Assembly: GCA_030167865.1 (NCBI GenBank) | Contig: JALAGF010001683.1 | Location: forward strand, 1-43,195 | Direction of reading: 5' to 3' | Origin: Craspedostauros australis | Lineage: Eukaryota | Length of the DNA: 43,195 bases | In this document: piece after piece, positions 22,601 to 31,036 of the stretch | Layout: each line of letters starts with the position of its first letter | How positions within the stretch are numbered: the first letter of the stretch is position 1 | Made by a program: the position numbers and the translations under genes | Notes under the pieces: generated by a model | What the model was told of the DNA's origin: nothing | Databases searched by the model: none | Seen by the model: only the letters and a program-made list of their open reading frames with translations

Positions 22601-22898
22601 TAGCGAGGATCACAGCGGTGACGATGAGGACGATGGCAACACCAACCCTTCGAACCTTGCTTTGGCCTCAGCAAACCAAGCGAGCATCAGGTATCGCAAA
22701 TGGGGTGATGAGTTGCTGCCTCAGATCGTTGACGAGCAGAACGGCGAATGCAGACCGGACATCAAGTACCCGTCCGTCGCTCCGCCTCTGCCAGCGGAGT
22801 TCCGAGAGGCGTACGACATCCAGTGCAACCGGATTTCTCGTCGTCGACAGGAAGAGAAGCGCGATTTGAACCTTGAAGACTGGTATGCATTTGACTAG
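19656..22898 (+). CDS. Hypothetical protein, 1080 aa, with a helical (TPR-like) central region, acidic linkers and basic NLS-like patches
   Basis: Uninterrupted 3.2-kb ORF with coding-like composition. Features: KRKRRH followed by poly-D; LLLGQAQVNRGIAYCEWG (TPR-like); C-terminal RYRKWGDELLP...YPSVAPPLP. Confidence 0.85.
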   Translation: MSYTVQDAEAACDGLARAVDRLLDRYEQRNKSGKLVPAKIRQSTRILVRHIRYCFVTLTRKRIALVALLQWYGSVVWKELVDGERLQRMDIAELTATFQHMMQVMLIAIDGMVMLTSGECRHSGDVRTAAKLKFFKSRLGTLSTRSDGYTCLYKSSATYSGFGWDEWANEDVGLHVRLCECLAPYHNKSRSNDLVWDYLLANGCQMLDSLLDQHETAMRQVHDQINELKNRVLQDLQTQLLPLQLSFRTQDKMEQFHIQLATNARTHGTSEPAISIKLQRRGDNFQVSNPLGVLPDRYTSSSDWETALPTPWSTDTQEVFVRKKVASAIAPESRPGTSSHKRKRRHAVIDDDDDDDEHEDENTSGGGRRAESGASGGGSGKDESTEHKRKINADDTPTNTAELSAKCAASSRAATKGVGLIVRVEKDHTKEEREESLNAIKQQMGVSVASMQASHDHLLEEGKQASIQNPSAAASASASASNQLRQGIHQRRGSRNGSETAASHENAYAWNDDAVIERSRKKVDAMNAILKRVHARPSIDIHEVWDAREITREANMTFGNDLLWAEDTSIAADARYEQAVHAFLTAEQLVVEQRKEHGTSLVDWDERLIERNLCLLLGQAQVNRGIAYCEWGRQYSKTKPSVASNYAKLALMHLTDANVTAKELRGMSLRDRSRLNNQPSLQHRDWAGAEVDLLHADKLEILSRRWKGIIVWTIPNDALSPAPPSSSVSTAAVAGLPLRRNTADLGREHSASVAEFEQAMALFYTHRFTDRHWKDQDVAQSIIELGMECIDSGLVASDLGHQELQRLVEHERRKKSNSDVWKQNGNIVMEHCVATFLSKCAKVRDSLQSLKQKSTCVSTLDLAMREHGVLDANDIRRQLKDLKTWWNDATTRGPAQLNQSTPNHPSITQRPFQRNELVGTPIVPVMLDSAQRYRGHHRRRQQTTHQNVGDGSTTSINHAGGDERDEFMASTDGVDAPLANNDSEDHSGDDEDDGNTNPSNLALASANQASIRYRKWGDELLPQIVDEQNGECRPDIKYPSVAPPLPAEFREAYDIQCNRISRRRQEEKRDLNLEDWYAFD

Positions 22899-23255
22899 AT
22901 CAGACCAGAGGAGTGATCACGCATGTGCCGTCACCGGTGGGTTGATTTGCAACAAACCGTAGGCGCACGTACGTGCGCCAACTGTGCTATTATCGAATAC
23001 AATAGAATGAATCAATACGGGCCGCATCAATACAGGCCTGGATCAGGCAAAGGTTGTATATCCACAAGTGGCCTATCGAGAGAGGAATGGGAACGAGTTG
23101 TTTCCTCATCCAACCCATGCCGCGCGTCCAGACGTCGCCCGTTCAGACCATCCAGCTGTTCCTGTGCACCATGTTTGGTGCCTGTCAACTGCTTGATGTT
23201 GCTGAGGTTGGAAGGCGCATGGTCCCAACATGGTAAAGTCATGGAGCAATCCGGA

Positions 23256-23522
23256 TTAGAACATGTCGCCCTTCTCAAAGCGAGGCCGGATCTTGTCCCA
23301 TTCCTCTCTGGTGTGCGGCCCAATTCTTGGTGCTGGCATTCGCTTGGCCTTGTTCTTTGTGATCTGATCGAGCTGCCGGATCATCTGCGACGTCCTCCTG
23401 GTGTACAACGTGAAACCCGCCGAGCATGCAATCATTCCCAGAACCACCGCTTTGCCAACGGTCTGGAACGTTTCGTTGGGCACAGATCCCTTCGGTGGTG
23501 TGTGCTGTGCTGAGTTGCTCAT
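23256..23522 (-). CDS. Small single-pass membrane protein (88 aa), function unknown
   Basis: ATG-started ORF with one TM-like segment (AVVLGMIACSAGFTLY) followed by a basic tail and GPHTREEWDKIRPRF. Codon usage looks coding. Confidence 0.65.
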   Translation of the reverse strand: MSNSAQHTPPKGSVPNETFQTVGKAVVLGMIACSAGFTLYTRRTSQMIRQLDQITKNKAKRMPAPRIGPHTREEWDKIRPRFEKGDMF

Positions 23523-24174
23523 TGCGAAGCGACTTGGTTTGGCTTGGCTTCACGTGGTGTTTTGGTATTCAGTTGCTCTTCTCCTACACTCTGCGTTATT
23601 TCTCTTGTTGCTGATGCTTGATTGTGAGCATGGAAGTGATGGAGGTGGTTGTGTCTCGAACTTCGTGTGGTGGACGTCCTCTGTGGTCGCTGTTCTCTGT
23701 TGCTACTGGAGACGTGAATGGCGCGAACGATTCCGTCGTGGGAAAGAACGAAGGTGTCAAGGAAGTTCCCTTTCTTCCATTGCGTTCTTTTCGGGACTTC
23801 CGACCAAAAGGCACGATGGTATGGTCGAATGAGTCGGCTATTTTTCGCGCCACGCTAGGTTCCGCCAACTCTCCAGAGAAATTCTCTGCAAGTTCCGTCA
23901 CGATCGACTCGATGCCCTCACATTGATGATGTTGTCAGAACATGGAGGAAAGTGGAGAATGAGAGATGAAGGATGATGGAATCGTGTAGTCGTGTCATTG
24001 CAATGGATCACCACAAGAAAGGCAGGCCGACGCAAGGCAAGGCGAGGCAAGAAGAGAGAACTGAACTTTTGCGATCGCGATGTGTGCGACATGGTACATG
24101 GAATTCGGCATCGTGCTTCGACCATTACAGATGCATTTACTACATATGTACGTCCCCAGCCTGCACTCCACTTC

Positions 24175-26091
24175 CTACTTGGTGCGGAGTATGGCATCCA
24201 TTACCAATGTCGCATGCCTGGTGTCCTTGACGTTGTGGACACGCAGGACGGAGCAGGTTGGCTGACCTGCGATGGACAACGCGGCGACGCACGAGGCGAT
24301 GCTGGCGACGTCCCGTTCTTCCGCATCATCCAATTGGCAGATGGTGCCGATGAAACGCTTGCGACTTGTTCCCAGAAGGAGGGGTGCATCGCGCGTGATG
24401 CTGCGAAAACGATCCAACTGCTTCAGCAGCAGAAGGTTGGAATCGAAGTCCTTGGCGAAGCCGATGCCAGGATCGAGGATTTGGGACCACCGGGGAATGC
24501 CTGCGGCTTCCGCCAGTTGGGATTGCTTCAGCAACGCCATGCCGACTTCATTCACGACGTCGTCGTAATCAGTGAGGCTGTTCATGGTTTCGGGTGTGCC
24601 ACGCATGTGCATGAGGATGATGGGGACGCGCAGGTCGGCGACCGTGGACAGCATATGCTCGTCAAACGTTCCACCGGAGACGTCGTTGACGATGTCGGCA
24701 CCAGCCTCGATTGCTGCCCTTGCGACGCCCGCGTGGCGTGTATCGATGGAAATAGGAACATCGGACACCTCGCGGATGCCACGAATGATCGGCACGGTCC
24801 GTCGGATCTGCTCTTCCACCGCCACTTCCTTGGCTCCAGGCCTCGTGGATTCGCCTCCAATATCGATGATCATCGCACCTTCCTCCTCCATCTGAACGGC
24901 GCGTTCCACAGCAACTTGGGTGGACGATGTCCACTTGCCACCGTCGCTGAAACTGTCCGGCGTGAGATTGAGAATTCCCATGATGATCGTCTGGTTGAAG
25001 GCAAGCATTCGATTCCGCGGCAACGGAACCACTCGCACCATTGCTGATTCTGCGTCATCCTCGTTACCGTCGCTGCCATTAGCAGTTGTCTTGTCTGTGA
25101 GCAGCTGTTGGTAGAGCGCGGAGAATGACACGTTGTGTGTTGGATGGTCGTTCGTGGCGCCGGCTCCTGCAAGCTCGCACAACGGCGCGAGGACGAAGTC
25201 GCGTTCGCAGATTCGGGGGTGTGGAATGGTGAGGCCTTCCGTATCCATCGTTATTGCTTCGCGGACGTGGGTTTTGCCCGCATCAGGATCATCGTCTTTG
25301 CTGTTGGGTATCGTGCGATCATACGTGAGGATGTCCAAGTCGACCGGCCGTGGACCGTTGCGAATGCCGTTGGCATCCCTGCCCAGATCCTTCTCGATCT
25401 TCTTCAACCGCCGCAGGAGTGCTTCTGGTTCTAGCAGGGTCTCCACTTCGATGGCGCCGTTGAGGAACCGTGGCTGGTCCTCGACGTACATGGGAGCAGT
25501 TTCATGCAAGTAGGATGTCTGCACGAGCCTGGTTTCATTGTCACAAAGCATGCGAATTGCCGAGGCGATGTTCTCAAATCTCTGCCCGAGATTCGCACCA
25601 ACCGCGATGTTGACGCGGAACGGACGGTGAACGTCATTCTCATTTGCGCTTGCACTTGAGGAATTGTACCTCCTCTCAATGTTCGTGGCGTCGTTGGTGT
25701 TTATGCTGGCATTGGTGATGCCCATGGAACTCCGCAGTGCAGCGGTGGAGCTCGTGCCATTCTTATCGAGCGTCGTCATCACGCCATTGTCTCCACCTTG
25801 CAGCTGGTGTTGGGCACGGGGTCGGTCGAACCATCCATCATTCTGGACAGTATGCGCCACGAATGCACGACGGCACCGTCCGAACAGCCTGGACATCGTA
25901 TTGGCATGCTTTGTATCTGCAACCACGCAGCAGCGAGAGAGCATGGTGTTGGCGTTGCCGTTGATCACGATGATGATGGCCAGGAAGACGAGAGAAGGAA
26001 GCTGTGGGGATCTGGATCGCGGGTGGGGTCGTCTCCGTGTGCTTCCGGTTTGGTGATGTCGTGAAGTAGTCACGCTACTTGGCGTCATCAA
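24175..26091 (-). CDS. Bifunctional HPPK-DHPS (folate synthesis) with N-terminal targeting extension; true start uncertain
   Basis: HPPK motifs: IAVGANLG, YETAP-like HETAPMY..DQPRFLN, RNGPRPVDLDIL, IPHPRICERDFVLAPL. DHPS motifs: MGILNLTPDSFSDGG, DIGGESTRPGA, SIDT, NDVSGG, MHMRG, DPGIGFAK, GTSRKRF, RVHNV. Confidence 0.97.
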   Translation of the reverse strand: MMTPSSVTTSRHHQTGSTRRRPHPRSRSPQLPSLVFLAIIIVINGNANTMLSRCCVVADTKHANTMSRLFGRCRRAFVAHTVQNDGWFDRPRAQHQLQGGDNGVMTTLDKNGTSSTAALRSSMGITNASINTNDATNIERRYNSSSASANENDVHRPFRVNIAVGANLGQRFENIASAIRMLCDNETRLVQTSYLHETAPMYVEDQPRFLNGAIEVETLLEPEALLRRLKKIEKDLGRDANGIRNGPRPVDLDILTYDRTIPNSKDDDPDAGKTHVREAITMDTEGLTIPHPRICERDFVLAPLCELAGAGATNDHPTHNVSFSALYQQLLTDKTTANGSDGNEDDAESAMVRVVPLPRNRMLAFNQTIIMGILNLTPDSFSDGGKWTSSTQVAVERAVQMEEEGAMIIDIGGESTRPGAKEVAVEEQIRRTVPIIRGIREVSDVPISIDTRHAGVARAAIEAGADIVNDVSGGTFDEHMLSTVADLRVPIILMHMRGTPETMNSLTDYDDVVNEVGMALLKQSQLAEAAGIPRWSQILDPGIGFAKDFDSNLLLLKQLDRFRSITRDAPLLLGTSRKRFIGTICQLDDAEERDVASIASCVAALSIAGQPTCSVLRVHNVKDTRHATLVMDAILRTK

Positions 26092-26619
26092 TTCTCTCGT
26101 TTGTCAACCAGGCGAATTGGATCTTTGCGTGTGCAATGGCTGTGCTCGATGGTCGAACGTAGACAAATTGATGCACGCTGCTATGCAATCGTTGAATAAT
26201 AGAGTCTGTGGCTTCGTCTTGCTTGCTTTGTAATGACATATAATAGAAGTATGGCTACACTGCCGTCGTCGTTATTGCTTCTGTTGTTGCTGCTGTTGTT
26301 GCTCTGCTGTTGTGTGTGATTCTCGAAGTTGGCGTCAGAAGAGAAACGATTGTGGTGATGGCGAACGCACACGAAGGCACCGGTTGGTCGTGGTTGCGCG
26401 AAGTTCTACATTCATGGGAAAAGGCTACGCGTGCTCGCCACTCTCCCGTGTGTCCCGTTCTTCGCCAGCCAAACACGGACATCACGCTTCGGAAATTCAC
26501 AACCACCAGTTCGCGCCAAAACATGTCATCAACTTTTGATGGCTGCGTCATCAGCAGTGGAGAACCAGCAACGCGTCAACACGCTCACTCGTGCAATCAC
26601 CCAATGCTCCACTGTGACC

Positions 26620-27828
26620 ATGCGACTCCTCCCGATCCGATCGGCTCCGATGGCGCTGTGTGCCTTCCTGCATCTGCACTTGCCACGTTCGGCACTCCCA
26701 TTGTCATCCAACACGAGACGAGCGTCGTCTTATCCACGCCAACGATCATTTCTCACAACATCGCTCCGGTCATCGCATCAGTCAGCATTGCAACGCGACG
26801 GTACGACTACCAAACAATGCTTCAGATTACGTTCCCAAAGACAAACGTCAGGAGGCGAAAGTTCAATCAATCACGATGTTGGTGCGGACGTTCAAGATGA
26901 TGTGACCGACCCGATCAGCAGCATCGAGCAGCAGTTCTCTAGAATCGCGAAGAAACAAAGGACGTGGAAGCGGTTGGGTCATTTGGTGGATCTTGCCGTC
27001 GATGCAGCCGCGATGCCGAAGCAGCCGCAAAAAACGACAACGGATGTGACAAGCCCAGCGCCGCCCAATGACACCATCAGCATCGCTGATGTCGGAACGG
27101 ATCATGGATTGCTGGCCGTGGGCGTCGCGCTGTCGCTGCGATTCCACCAAGTCACGGGTGTTGACGTATCCAAAGAAGCGCTCAACAATGGCGCGATTTC
27201 TCTTTTGAATCAGATACGGGCATGCGCTGACGGCGGTCGGCCTTCTGGGTGCTTGGATACTATTGATTTCCGACACGGCGATGGATTGAATGTCCTGCAA
27301 CCAGGCGAAGGCGATGCCGTCGTCATCGCGGGCATGGGGGTCAATACGATGCTGCAAATACTGCAGTTGGATGCGACACAACGGCGACAGCAACAGTCAA
27401 CGCAGACCAATCTCGGGCGCATCGGCACGCGGCATCTACTGTTGCAACCTACGAATTCCAAGCCGAAGAACCTTTGTTTGCTGTACGATGCGTTGCAGCG
27501 CGATGGCTGGAAGTTAGAAGATGAGCGAATCGAGTCATTGTCCTCGAGGTGGTACCTCTCGTCACGATTCTCAAAGCTCCATGAAGACGCATCAGCATCA
27601 TCATCGCAGATGCAAGTCGCAGAAGATATCGAGACGTTGGCATTACCCGGAGAGCGATTGCTTCCCGATCCGCAAGGGCCTGTCGATGATGCGATGAGGA
27701 CATGCTTCAGCCAGTACGTCGAACATCACGTCGCTTGGATTCAGAAGGATGCCAAGATTGGGGCGAGACAGAGTGAAAGCGAAGCCAAATGGTTGGAGAG
27801 GTTCCAATCTGCGCAAGAAAGCAGCTGA
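26620..27828 (+). CDS. TrmK-like tRNA (adenine-22-N1)-methyltransferase with N-terminal presequence
   Basis: IADVGTDHGLL, GVDVS, RHGDGL, VVIAGMG..TMLQIL, LLLQP and GWKLEDERI...RWY form the TrmK motif series. Start chosen at ATG 26620 and is uncertain. Confidence 0.88.
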   Translation: MRLLPIRSAPMALCAFLHLHLPRSALPLSSNTRRASSYPRQRSFLTTSLRSSHQSALQRDGTTTKQCFRLRSQRQTSGGESSINHDVGADVQDDVTDPISSIEQQFSRIAKKQRTWKRLGHLVDLAVDAAAMPKQPQKTTTDVTSPAPPNDTISIADVGTDHGLLAVGVALSLRFHQVTGVDVSKEALNNGAISLLNQIRACADGGRPSGCLDTIDFRHGDGLNVLQPGEGDAVVIAGMGVNTMLQILQLDATQRRQQQSTQTNLGRIGTRHLLLQPTNSKPKNLCLLYDALQRDGWKLEDERIESLSSRWYLSSRFSKLHEDASASSSQMQVAEDIETLALPGERLLPDPQGPVDDAMRTCFSQYVEHHVAWIQKDAKIGARQSESEAKWLERFQSAQESS

Positions 27829-28083
27829 CGAAGATCGCGCCATCCATGTACAAATGCATGCCGTCATTCGTCCTTTGCAGAATGCCGTGGCGCAAAGCTC
27901 TCGCGATAATTGTACGGAAGTGTAAGCACGCTGTGATAGTACTGCGATACGCTTGCAGTACACGCTAGCTAGCTAGCTGACTAGATGTTGTTGTTATTGT
28001 TGCAACTCAGTATTCTAATAATAATAATGATGATGGTGTATGTGCCAATCTATGATTGCCGGTTGAACGCAGTGATGTTGGAA

Positions 28084-28156
28084 CGCATTGGTCAGACAAC
28101 GATGAGCCATACCCGTATGCACGGATATGATGGTATCATTGATCGTCATTCATGCG
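28084..28156 (-). promoter_or_regulatory. Candidate SECIS element in the thioredoxin reductase 3' UTR
   Basis: mRNA sense: CGCAU ga AUGAC GAUCAAUGAU...AUCGUUGUC UGAC ca AUGCG. It shows helix I (CGCAU/AUGCG), an AUGA/UGA core, helix II and an apical mini-stem AUAUCCGU-GCAU-ACGGGUAU, ~190 nt downstream of the UGA. Confidence 0.7.
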
Positions 28157-28299
28157 GCCCACTGCATTTGAGTTGAGATTACTGTTCATGCTGCCAGGTT
28201 CGTGTTCGTTGACGACAGCAGGTTGGAATATCTCGATTTCTTACAAGCGTGCTGAAAAACCATGATGGTGATGATCGATGGTGTTTGATTTCAGCAAAA

Positions 28300-28336
28300 G
28301 CCCTTCAAGAACGGACGGTGCGCGTTCTCGAAGGGC
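28300..28336 (-). other. 14-bp RNA hairpin starting immediately after the TrxR stop codon
   Basis: mRNA sense: GCCCUUCGAGAACG-cgcaccguc-CGUUCUUGAAGGGC, giving 13 Watson-Crick pairs and one G-U pair. Confidence 0.75.
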
Positions 28337-30599
28337 CTAGCCTCAGCATCCGCCGGCAGCGGCATCTTCACCGCTGCTCTTCGTGACGCTGAGAGTGACA
28401 ATCTCCTCTGACGACGTCGGATGGATTCCGACTGTTCCGATGAGGTCCTGGAACTTCAATCCCTTCTTCATCGACACGCCGTATCCCTGCATGACTTCAC
28501 CAGCGTTTGGTCCGAGGTAGTGGATGCCAAGCACGGAGTCATCAGTCTTGTCAACGATGACCTTGGCGAAGGCGTTGTGGTCGGCTCTGCCGAGAGACAG
28601 GGACCACTCGAGCGGCAAGAATTCGCGGTGGTACACCTCGATATCCTTGTCACCGCGCTCGGCGATGGCGTCATCCTCGGAAAGTCCAACGCAGGCGTAC
28701 TCGATTGGGGTGAACACGGTCGTGCAGATGTTGACGTAGTCCATGGCCTCGTTGCTGGCTCCGAACAATCGGCGCATCAGCAGCACGCCGGCCTGAATGG
28801 CAACCGGTGTCAGCTCCGGACATCCCTCCATGACATCGCCGCAAGCGTAGATGTTGGGGGATGAGCTCTGCTCATGCTTGGCGATGATCTTGCCGTTCTT
28901 TGGATTCGTCTTCACTCCCAGACCGTCAAGCTTCAGCTTCTGCGTGTCGGCGGAACGACCGATGGCTCCCAGGACGGTATCGTATTCATCGCTGGTGCCA
29001 TCTGAGAATGTCACCTTGATGCGGTCTCCGTCGACCTTCTCGAGCTTGGATGGCGTGACGCCCTTGCGGAACTTGACTCCATGGCCCTCCATGTTGGCAC
29101 CGATCTTGTCCGCGCATTCTCTGTCGAAACCGCGGAGGAGGATGCTTCGCACGGCGACCGTGACGTCGCGTCCCATTCCGGCGAGGAAGCCAGCGCATTC
29201 CAGACTGATGTAGGATGCACCAACGCACAGCGTCTTGCCAGGATCCTTGTCGTGGAAGAAGATGTCATCGGAGGAGACAGCGAGCTCGCCTCCCTCGCAG
29301 TCCAGCGGTGTCGGGCGGCCTCCCACCGCAACCAGGAAGCGGGACGCCGTGAGTGTTCCTTCGCGTCCCTTCTTGTCAATGGTCTCGACCGTGTGCTCAT
29401 CCTTGAAGGCGGCGAGCTTGTTCATGTAGCTGACCTCCTTCTCCCGCAGCGCGATGCGGTACTTGAAGTTCAAGCTGCGGATGTAGTTCTGGATATTCTG
29501 CTTCACCGTGTCCCAGTCGGTGTTGGTTTCTGGTGCCTTGATCTCGCCGTCGCCATTACTTGTGGAGACCTCGTTGATGCGGATGCCGAATGCCGCCGCA
29601 TCTTCGTGGATGGACTCGCGAATCTGGGCACCGATGTGGAACAACTTCTTCGGGATGCAACCGACGTTGACGCATGTGCCTCCCAAACCCCAGGTGGTGC
29701 CCTTTGGAGATGGCTTGACGAAATCCAGGAGGGCAACCTTCGCCCCGAGCGACGACGCTTCCTTGGCCGCAGCCATGCCCGCACTGCCGCCTCCGATGAC
29801 GCAAAGATCGTACTCGTACCCGTGGTCGGCCTTGTGGCCGTCATCAATCATGATCGCACCTGGCTTCATCAAGTCCGCTGGGGTCAGGAATTTCTTGCAC
29901 CACGCCATCGTGTCATCGTGTCCGCCGAGGTATCGTTCGATGTCAGAAGGGTCGGGATCGCCTTCCTTGGTGCTCTTGGAGAACCAAATGAAAGGAGACG
30001 AAGAGTGCTCTCTGGCCGCCGACTCGGAGAAGTTCTCGCGGAAGCCATCATCGACCAACCATCCTCTGTAGCTGTTGCGGTCTTCGAAGACGTGCTCGAT
30101 GACCTTGAGACGATTGGGGAAGAGCAGCGAGAGCGATCCCAGCACTCCGGAGATTCTGCGGTAGAAACCACCTGCGAAAGCAGCATTGCATGGCACGATT
30201 ACGACGCGCAGCAAAGTCGGAAGTTTGAAGTTTTTTGGCAGTGTAAGCGATCTTTCCAACCACATCGCAATTCAAATAGCAGCAGGCACCGTTTAGCACA
30301 GCACGGTACTACACAGCACGGCACTACACAGCACGAAGCTTCGTATCGGGGAATGAGCACAGCAGATCGCACACAAACACCATCAGCGACACGCGTTGGT
30401 CATCGCACGCACAACCGAGCAAGCACCCACGCAAATGCACCACAACAACAGTTCATCATGTCCGCCGCTGAAGTCAAGACAACGCCAACATTGTCTGCCT
30501 GAATGCCTCATCGACTGATCCATCGATCGATCGATCGATCGAACACATGAACTTACATGCGGTCCAACCCGCGACGTGCAAGACCTTTTGCTTGCTCAT
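28337..30599 (-). CDS. Selenocysteine-containing high-Mr thioredoxin reductase with N-terminal glutaredoxin-like domain (TGR-like); exons 30599-30557 and 30171-28337
   Basis: YDLCVIGGGSAG, GGTCVNVGCIPKK, GASYISLECAGF, GIHPTSSEE; ends GGA TGC TGA GGC TAG = G-C-U-G-stop. Exon 1 MSKQKVLHVAGWTA+T|GTAAGT joins TTTCGCAG|GT GGT TTC TAC to give WTACGFY. Grx-like SSPFIW and YLGGHDD follow. Confidence 0.95.
30172..30556 (-). other. Predicted intron of the thioredoxin reductase gene, microsatellite-rich
   Basis: GTAAGT donor at 30556 and TTTCGCAG acceptor ending at 30172, with compatible phase. Contains (GATC)n at ~30517-30541 and CAGCA/CGGCA pentamers at ~30295-30335. Confidence 0.75.
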
Positions 30600-31036
30600 G
30601 GTTTCGGATGGTTGTTTGGAGGTTTCCCCTCTTTCACTTTTTATGACACCGAAGGCAGGTCTGGCGATGGATTTCCGTGGGTGCGAATTTCACTCCAGTT
30701 CTGGTACTGGCTTTGCGGCCGATTTGTTGTGTGTTTGTGTTTCTGCGTGTCGCCAAAATCGCTCTGGTTTCCCTCCAGTTCGCTGATACCATTCGCATGG
30801 TACTGGATATGACACACAAGTGTTCGATTGGCGCCATTTTTGTTCTCGCTGTTTGCCTCGCAGCAGGCTACTATAGAGCATGTTTAATCTAGATGGAGAA
30901 AGGGTTGTACTAACATGTACCGCTACTGGTAGACCGGAGATGACGCTTCTTTGACTGCATACTCGCACCAAACAACGAATGCATTGCGTCCACCATCTGT
31001 GACCACACCCTTCGTAATCTTTAGTCCGTGATGGCT

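Noticed and set aside
27963-28035. (GCTA)n, (TTG)n and (ATA)n tracts between the convergent TrmK-like and TrxR genes
   Set aside because: Ordinary short microsatellites like those in other introns and UTRs of this window.
28149-28195. Alternative SECIS candidate AUGA-N11-AA (AUGAACAGUAAUCUCAA...UGAA) in the TrxR UTR
   Set aside because: Spacing fits, but helix II does not base-pair. The 28084-28156 structure pairs far better.
29081-30502. 473-aa plus-strand ORF antisense to TrxR (likewise 23992-25047, 31346-32380, 14131-14952, 36948-37730)
   Set aside because: Shadow ORFs of strongly codon-biased genes on the opposite strand; no recognisable motifs.
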